From positions 299,273-363,272 of the forward strand of contig DJOB01000006.1 of the NCBI GenBank assembly GCA_002437105.1: a stretch of DNA of 64,000 nucleotides, read 5' to 3'. Source of the stretch: Bacillales bacterium UBA6449. Lineage in GTDB: Bacteria > Bacillota_I > Bacilli_A > RFN20 > CAG-288. Made by a program: the position numbers and the translations under genes. The notes beneath the pieces were generated by a model. The model ran no database searches and had not been told where the DNA came from. It was given only the letters and a program-made list of their open reading frames with translations. This document shows, piece by piece, positions 58,226 to 64,000 of this stretch; the stretch's first letter is position 1, and every line of letters begins with the position of its first letter.

Positions 58226-59122
58226 CTACTCTCCGTACTTCCTGGGTGCCTTGTAGTTATTGTGGGCCTTTCTCATGAGGCAGTCTCTTCTCATCCTCTC
58301 GACGATATCGGGGGGCAGGACTACGTATGAACCCTTTCTCATCTTGCCCAGCTTGACGATGCCGATCTGAGTCCGCTTGAGGTGTACTACGTTGAAGCCG
58401 AAGTACTGCATCATCCTTCTGACCTCGCGGTTCTTACCTTCCTGCAGAGTGATCTTGTATAGTCCGTAGACCTTTCCGGAGAAATCGGGGGCCTGGCTGC
58501 AGCCGATCTCGATCGCATCGCAGGGAGCGGTCAGCCCGTCCTCGAGGACGATCCCGTTCCGAAGCTGTTCCAGCTGAGCTGGGGTGAGCCGACCATCGAT
58601 CTGAACCTCGTAGACCTTAGCCGGAGCCGAGGATGGGTGCATCATGAGGTTGTCGAACTCGCCGTCGTTGGTGAGGAAGACCAAGCCCTCAGAGTTGATA
58701 TCCAGTCGACCGATGGGGTAGACGCGACCATACTGAGGGGGGACCAGCTCGGTGACCAGTCGGCGATTCTGCGGATCGGAAGCCGAGCAGATGAAACCCA
58801 GGGGTTTATTGACCGCGATATAGTACTTGCGCGAATCGATCTCGGCTTTGGAGGGGAGCTTCTTGCCGTCGACCACCACCTCGCAATCCACGGGGAATGA
58901 GGCACCCAGCTCGGTCACGAGCTTGCCGTCGACCTCGACCTTGCCAGCTTGGATGAGCTCTTCCGCCTTTCTTCTGGAGCAGAAGCCGCGCTCGGAGATG
59001 ATCTTCTGAATCCTCGCTATCTCTGGGCTGGTCGGTTGGGTCGTGGGTTTATCCTGTTCCTCGCCTGCGCCGTCGACCTTCTTCTCCTCGGTCTGCTCTT
59101 CCTTGTTCACGATATCAGCCAT
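58226..59122 (-). CDS. rluB: RsuA/RluB-family rRNA pseudouridine synthase
   Basis: The S4 domain reads RIQKIISERGFCSRRKAEELIQAGKVEVDG. The catalytic Asp lies in GRLDINSEGL. An acidic low-complexity N-terminal extension is present. Confidence 0.88.
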   Translation of the reverse strand: MADIVNKEEQTEEKKVDGAGEEQDKPTTQPTSPEIARIQKIISERGFCSRRKAEELIQAGKVEVDGKLVTELGASFPVDCEVVVDGKKLPSKAEIDSRKYYIAVNKPLGFICSASDPQNRRLVTELVPPQYGRVYPIGRLDINSEGLVFLTNDGEFDNLMMHPSSAPAKVYEVQIDGRLTPAQLEQLRNGIVLEDGLTAPCDAIEIGCSQAPDFSGKVYGLYKITLQEGKNREVRRMMQYFGFNVVHLKRTQIGIVKLGKMRKGSYVVLPPDIVERMRRDCLMRKAHNNYKAPRKYGE

Positions 59123-59942
59123 GCTTGACCTCCTGATGATTTTCTATCTTCTTCAGCTTCAACCTATCGATCACCTGCAGCCCCAGCTCCCTCGCGAATC
59201 TTACCGCCTCGGCGTTGGCCAGGGGATCCGAGAGCTGTTTGGGTGCATGCGCATCGATGCCGATTATGCATTCGGCGCCCATGCGGCTCGCCATCTGAAA
59301 GAACGAATAAGTAGGATAGCACCAGCGATAATTATCGCCAATCCTCTTTTTTCCTGAACGTATGCCACCGCAGTTTATCTCGAGAGGAATCTGGCACTCC
59401 ATAGCGGTTCTGATCAGCTCTCGCGAGACGCGGCGGCAGTCCAGATCGAAGTAGGGTACTTCCGCCAGGAAGAGATCGGGGTGGACGAAGCACGAGTAGA
59501 GTCCAGTCCTCATGGCCTGGCAGGCCGTCTCGCAGTACAGGTAGATGTTATTGGCGGTGGGAGAGCGGCCATAGCGGGCGTAGACCTGATGCCTCTCGTT
59601 CATGGAGGAGTGATTGCCTAGGAGCAGGTAGTCTATTCCACCTGTCATCAGCAGCTCTTTAAGATAGGGGATATAGGGTTGAAAGTACTCTGCCTCGTAT
59701 CCCAGGAGAACCTTGATCCGATCCTTGTACTTCTGCTGGAGAGCGCGGACGCTCCTGAAGTATTCGGCGTTGAGACTGAAGCTTCCCCGCAGTCCCGGTT
59801 CGTCGTAGTCGGGATACATCGCGTGATCGGAGATGCCGATCTCCGCCAGCCCCATACTGAGGGCTTCCAGGATGTACTCCTCTTCCTTGCCTACCGCATG
59901 GCCGCAGCGATAGGTGTGGGTGTGATAGTTGGCATTGAGCAT
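59115..59942 (-). CDS. PHP-domain phosphoesterase (HisJ-family histidinol-phosphatase-like)
   Basis: Motifs are the N-terminal HTHTYRCGHA and GISDHA. Confidence 0.8.
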   Translation of the reverse strand: MLNANYHTHTYRCGHAVGKEEEYILEALSMGLAEIGISDHAMYPDYDEPGLRGSFSLNAEYFRSVRALQQKYKDRIKVLLGYEAEYFQPYIPYLKELLMTGGIDYLLLGNHSSMNERHQVYARYGRSPTANNIYLYCETACQAMRTGLYSCFVHPDLFLAEVPYFDLDCRRVSRELIRTAMECQIPLEINCGGIRSGKKRIGDNYRWCYPTYSFFQMASRMGAECIIGIDAHAPKQLSDPLANAEAVRFARELGLQVIDRLKLKKIENHQEVKHG

Positions 59943-60703
59943 TATCGTCCCCTCCTATACGTGGTCCGTATCAAGCATAGACCTTCTGCGGGGGCCTTGT
60001 ACTTGCGAGCGTCGATATTCGGGTTAACCAGCCGGCTTTCAACCTCGTCGAGCTTCTCCCGGCCTGAAGCGACGCCGATGGCGGCTCCGATCATCATCCG
60101 CACCTGGTAGCGGTGAAAGGCGCGTCCGATTATCCGGGTCTCGATGATCTTCCCTCCTCTTCGAGCGGTGATGTGTATCCGGTCGATGATGCTTATGAAA
60201 TTCTGTTCCCGATCCCCTTTGGAGTCCAGGCTGGCGAAGCTCTTGAAGTCGTGTTGACCGATGAAGATATTCATCGTGCGCACGAATAGATCCAAGTCTA
60301 ATCGATGGTTTACCACTCCGCAGTGGGAATCGAGAACCGGGTCGAATATTCCGCAGTCGATCGTGTAGAGGTAGGTCTTTCGGTGAGGGGTGGCGCGAGC
60401 ATCGAAGTCATCTCCAACCTTTTCAATCGAGTTGACTCTGATGGACTTGCCTATTTGGGAGTTGAGATAGTAGAGGATTCGGTCGGGAGTTATTCGGCTG
60501 TCCACCCGGAATGAGAAGCAGAAGTCTCGAGCCGAGACCCCTCTATCTAGCCGGGAGGAGCAGCGGATCTTTATCTCGGTAGCGAACAGCTTCGAGAGCA
60601 GGTGCTGAAAGACGCCCTGGATCGTCTGGCGATCATCGGGCTGGATCTGGGTCCCTTGGAAGCAGAGCCCATCGAACGAGATGCGAAGCAGGTAATTAGC
60701 CAT
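59942..60703 (-). CDS. truA: tRNA pseudouridine(38-40) synthase TruA
   Basis: It has the FDGLCFQGTQIQ N terminus. The catalytic Asp lies in SRLDRGVSA. Its position after ecfT matches Firmicutes. Confidence 0.88.
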   Translation of the reverse strand: MANYLLRISFDGLCFQGTQIQPDDRQTIQGVFQHLLSKLFATEIKIRCSSRLDRGVSARDFCFSFRVDSRITPDRILYYLNSQIGKSIRVNSIEKVGDDFDARATPHRKTYLYTIDCGIFDPVLDSHCGVVNHRLDLDLFVRTMNIFIGQHDFKSFASLDSKGDREQNFISIIDRIHITARRGGKIIETRIIGRAFHRYQVRMMIGAAIGVASGREKLDEVESRLVNPNIDARKYKAPAEGLCLIRTTYRRGR

Positions 60704-60715
60704 ATGCCTATGCTC

Positions 60716-61603
60716 CTAGATGATCTCGATCCTCAGGCCGTCGCGGCGGTAGAGGGATAGGAAGAGCATACCCGCAAGGACTAAGAGGATTGCGCCTATC
60801 CAGATGCCGTCGGTCGCGCGGAATCGGTTCTGAGTGTATCTGGTCCGCTCCGCCCGCGGGTCGTAGCCGCGCGCTTCCATGGCCTCCGCTGAGTTGATCG
60901 CGTCGGTCATGGAGATCACGATCAGGGGGATGGTCAGGCTGAAGAGGGATTTGAACTTCTCCCTTAAGGTGCCATTCTGCACATCGAGTCCCCGTGATGC
61001 TTGGGCGCGCTGGATCCTTTTGGCTTCGGAGGCGAACAGGGGGATGAAGCGGAGAGCGAGAGACATCATCATGGAGAAGGAGGTCACTGGTACCTTGATC
61101 AGCTTTAGAGGGTAGAGCAGCAGCTCGAACGAGCGCGATAGTTCCATGGGTGAAGTTACGGAGGTTATCACCATGGTCGACATGACGGTGAGGATTATTC
61201 GCTCGATGACGTACCCTGCGAACCACAGGCCGGTCTCGTATACGGGGTAATCGCCGATGGTGAAGAGAACATCCTTGTCCATGAATGAAGATCCTGGGCG
61301 ATAGAAGAACAGGTTGAGGAGGATGAGAAAGGCGATCAGAAACCACATCTTCAGTATAGCTTTGAAAATGTTTATTACCGATATCTTACTTAATATAATT
61401 AGAATATTTATTAAGATAAGGATTGCACCACCGATGATCATATCGGTGGCGTAAGGGTAGTTGCTAACCTCTGGATTGCCGTAGGGAAGGAAGATGATCA
61501 CCATCAGAGCGATGAGGAGAAGGAGCTTAACCATTCCGTTGAGGCGGTGAAGAGGAGTATTTAAAGGACGGTATGAACCTAGGAGAGAAGCTGAATCAGA
61601 CAT
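60716..61603 (-). CDS. ecfT: ECF transporter transmembrane (T) component
   Basis: It is 295 aa and polytopic. The EcfT coupling-helix motifs are ALRFIP and AMEARG. Confidence 0.9.
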   Translation of the reverse strand: MSDSASLLGSYRPLNTPLHRLNGMVKLLLLIALMVIIFLPYGNPEVSNYPYATDMIIGGAILILINILIILSKISVINIFKAILKMWFLIAFLILLNLFFYRPGSSFMDKDVLFTIGDYPVYETGLWFAGYVIERIILTVMSTMVITSVTSPMELSRSFELLLYPLKLIKVPVTSFSMMMSLALRFIPLFASEAKRIQRAQASRGLDVQNGTLREKFKSLFSLTIPLIVISMTDAINSAEAMEARGYDPRAERTRYTQNRFRATDGIWIGAILLVLAGMLFLSLYRRDGLRIEII

Positions 61604-62510
61604 GGCTCACGCTCCTTTCGATCTCGCGGGCGAGGGAGTCGGGATCCCGAGCTAGATGGGGATCGATATCCAAACCCTGCGATATCAGGTACCTAGTATA
61701 GACGAAGGCTCGGGGAGGAAGCAGCCCAGCCTGGTGGATGAGGTCTCCGCTGTCGAACGCTGAAACGATATCGCTGTCGAGAACGATCTTACCCTCCTGC
61801 AGGATCACCATCCTCTCAGCCACGGCATACGCTAGATCCATGTCGTGGGTGATGAGGATGATGGTGGTTCCATCCTTTCTGTTTCTATTTCGAATCAGAT
61901 CGAGAAGCAATCTCGCGCCACCTCGATCGAGACCCACGGTAGGTTCATCCAGAATCAGCACCTTCGGGTTGAAGGCGAGAACTCCAGCGATAGCTATCTT
62001 CCTCTTTTCTCCTCCGGAGAGGGTAAAGGGCGAACGATCGAAGAAGCTTTTATCGATTCCGATATCGGCTAGGGCTTCAACCGCCATCTTTCTCGCTAGC
62101 GATTCATCTTTAAAGAAGTTGAGAGGACCGACCATCACATCGTCGATCACTCGCCTCTTGAATAGCTGATCCTCAGGGAACTGGAATACTACTCCTATAT
62201 CCTTTCTGATGGATTTCCAGTCTTTGATCCTCGGTTTCTTCCTGGGCTTGATCGTTCGGTTGCGTTTTATCTTCGGTGTCATATCCAGAACGTAGCCGCC
62301 GGGGAATTGAATCTTTCCGAAGGTGGGAGTGAGAAGCAGGTCGAGCTGTTGGATCAGGGTGGATTTACCTGATCCGGCGCGACCGCACAGGGCGATGATT
62401 TGACCCTGGGGAATGTCTAAGTTTATCTTATCGAGCGCGAGCTTCTCCAGGGGTGTGTGGTAGTCGTAGTAGAAGCTCAGATCTTCAGCTCTTATCAGTG
62501 TTTCAGACAT
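61596..62510 (-). CDS. ecfA2: ECF transporter ATPase EcfA2
   Basis: Motifs are GRAGSGKSTL, LSGGEKRKIAIAGVL and ILDEPTVGLD. A basic insertion (KIKRNRTIKPRKKPRIK) follows the Q-loop region. Confidence 0.9.
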   Translation of the reverse strand: MSETLIRAEDLSFYYDYHTPLEKLALDKINLDIPQGQIIALCGRAGSGKSTLIQQLDLLLTPTFGKIQFPGGYVLDMTPKIKRNRTIKPRKKPRIKDWKSIRKDIGVVFQFPEDQLFKRRVIDDVMVGPLNFFKDESLARKMAVEALADIGIDKSFFDRSPFTLSGGEKRKIAIAGVLAFNPKVLILDEPTVGLDRGGARLLLDLIRNRNRKDGTTIILITHDMDLAYAVAERMVILQEGKIVLDSDIVSAFDSGDLIHQAGLLPPRAFVYTRYLISQGLDIDPHLARDPDSLAREIERSVSHV

Positions 62511-63319
62511 CGCATCAGCTCCTCTGGAGTCCGGAAGGATTTCATATTTCCCAGACTCTTCTCTAGGTCGCTCTTGAGTTCAGCTTCGAAGCTCGGATTG
62601 ACGCCGAGCTCCTCGGCTCTCTCCACATCGTCGATAATCGCTGCTGGATCGCCCTGATAGGCGACACGGCCACCTTTGAGTGCGACTAGATGATCGGCTT
62701 TCGCCGCTTCCTTCCAGTCGTGGGTCACCTCGATGATGGTGAGGTCGGGATCATCTTTCTTGATTTTAGATAGGAGTTCGAAGATAACCCTTCTAGATAG
62801 GGGGTCCAGCATCGAGGTGGCTTCGTCCAAAAGCAGGATCTTCGGATGCAGCGCTAGGATGCTAGCGATGGCGCAACGCTGTTTCTGACCGCCCGAGAGG
62901 GTGTTGGGTTCGCGCGATAAAAGATCTGTGATACCTGTTTTTTTAGCTACCTTGTCGATGATTGAATCCATATCGGCCGGCTTGATCCGGCGATTCTCGA
63001 GACCGAAGGCGATGTCCTCCCTTATCGTCGAGGCGACGAATTGCGCCTCGGGATTTTGGAAGACGATGCCGATATCGCGAAGCAGCTTATCCACATTGTC
63101 ATCATCGACTCTAGTGCCCTCGATGTCGAGATCGCCATCTTGGGGGATGAGGAGTCCTGCGATGATTCTCAAGAGGGTGGACTTACCTGAGCCGTTAGCG
63201 CCGATGACTGCGGTCGTCTCTCCGGAAGGAAAAGAGGCAGAAACCTCATCTAGAGCTTTCTTCTCGCTCTTAGGGTAGGAGAATGATATGTTTTTAAATT
63301 CTATCGCTGCTCTATTCAT
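62495..63319 (-). CDS. ecfA1: ECF transporter ATPase EcfA1
   Basis: Motifs are GANGSGKSTL, LSGGQKQRCAIAS and LLDEATSMLD. I prefer ATG 63319, preceded by GGAGG. The track start is 63346. Confidence 0.9.
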   Translation of the reverse strand: MNRAAIEFKNISFSYPKSEKKALDEVSASFPSGETTAVIGANGSGKSTLLRIIAGLLIPQDGDLDIEGTRVDDDNVDKLLRDIGIVFQNPEAQFVASTIREDIAFGLENRRIKPADMDSIIDKVAKKTGITDLLSREPNTLSGGQKQRCAIASILALHPKILLLDEATSMLDPLSRRVIFELLSKIKKDDPDLTIIEVTHDWKEAAKADHLVALKGGRVAYQGDPAAIIDDVERAEELGVNPSFEAELKSDLEKSLGNMKSFRTPEELMRCLKH

Positions 63320-63710
63320 GCATCCTCCTAGGGAAGGCTTTCTCATCGTAGATACCAGATTCGATGTCTCTCCTTTCCTGTCTGGTGAGCTTTCTTCCTT
63401 CCTCGTGGCAGATTATTCTGGCCTGCTTCAGGATGAGCCTACGGCTCAGCTTCGTCTTTCTGGCAGTTATCTTCTCTACATCTATGGAGCGGGTTTTGTA
63501 TTCGTAGATCGCGTGTATCAAATATCCTAGGTAGGAGATAGAAGCTAGTGAACCCCAGACGATCAGAGTTATGTATCTAGCCTTATCAGAGGCGTTCTTC
63601 GCTATGGGATAGGCGATGCCTAGCAGGACTGCGAGGATCATCGTGATGGCGAGGAAGGCGACGGCGTTTCTCCGCACGCGCCGGGAGAATCTAATCCTCC
63701 CTCTGGACAT
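63312..63710 (-). CDS. hypothetical small membrane protein (2 TM)
   Basis: TM segments are AVAFLAITMILAVLLGIAYPI and YITLIVWGSLASISYLGYLIHAI. ATG 63710 lies 8 nt after GGAGA, with an alternative TTG at 63725. Confidence 0.55.
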   Translation of the reverse strand: MSRGRIRFSRRVRRNAVAFLAITMILAVLLGIAYPIAKNASDKARYITLIVWGSLASISYLGYLIHAIYEYKTRSIDVEKITARKTKLSRRLILKQARIICHEEGRKLTRQERRDIESGIYDEKAFPRRMHE

Positions 63711-64000
63711 ATTTGATATCTCCAAAATCGATCTGTGGAATCCTGCCCGTATATCTGACCATGTCTACACCAGCCATGGAAAACAGTTTCCTAGCTGCGA
63801 TGGAAATGGTCGAGTCGTGGTATTTGTCATCGAGGAATATGACTCTTTTGATGCCGACCTGGATCAGGGCTTTGGCGCACTCGTTACACGGGAAGAGGGT
63901 GACATAGACCGTATCGCCCTCTAAATCCCTAGTGGTGGCGTTGAGTACCGCGTTGAGCTCGGCATGACAGACGTAGGGGTATTTGGTATCTAGTTCATCT
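63691..64000 (-). CDS. comEB: dCMP deaminase (ComEB-type cytidine/deoxycytidylate deaminase); the 5' end is beyond the window
   Basis: This is my own minus-strand translation. It is absent from the ORF track because no start lies in the window. It reads ...KYPYVCHAELNAVLNA...VYVTLFPCNECAKALIQVGIKRVIFLDDKY..., with a TAG stop at 63693-63691. Confidence 0.85.
   Translation of the reverse strand, partial: DELDTKYPYVCHAELNAVLNATTRDLEGDTVYVTLFPCNECAKALIQVGIKRVIFLDDKYHDSTISIAARKLFSMAGVDMVRYTGRIPQIDFGDIKYVQRED

Noticed and set aside
1-64000. CRISPR arrays, transposases, integrases, prophage or toxin-antitoxin modules, rRNA
   Set aside because: I found no regularly spaced direct repeats and no ORF with DDE, tyrosine-recombinase or serine-recombinase motifs. 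I found no small paired ORFs of toxin-antitoxin type and no 16S, 23S or 5S signatures.

Overview
This 64-kb window looks like chromosome from a low-GC Gram-positive-type bacterium. The gene order is Bacillota/Mycoplasmatota-like: sufC-D-S-U-B, ecfA1-ecfA2-ecfT-truA, dnaD-nth and recU. The code is standard, since TGA is used as a stop. About 90% of the window is coding and most of it is housekeeping. It holds pstA-pstB-phoU fused in line with a PhoP/PhoR-like two-component pair, the Suf Fe-S operon, mnmG, ppk1/ppx, several ABC, ABC-2 and MFS transporters, and a block of hydrolases. It also holds a GT2 / FAD-oxidoreductase / GT-C glycosylation operon, two large predicted surface proteins, a DUF368 operon with two unknown genes, and 9 scattered single tRNA genes. 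I saw no rRNA, CRISPR array, transposase, integrase or phage genes. The features I cannot explain by ordinary annotation are two large ORF-free gaps, both next to tRNA genes. The stronger one (about 28212-28869, minus strand) has its own near-consensus promoter and a clean intrinsic terminator bracketing about 620 nt. That stretch is stop-rich and helix-rich, with two adjacent hairpins carrying an identical 9-nt loop on different stems. I propose it as a large structured ncRNA of unknown class. The second (about 23541-23983, minus strand) is weaker. All calls rest on reading the sequence and on motif memory. No database search was run.
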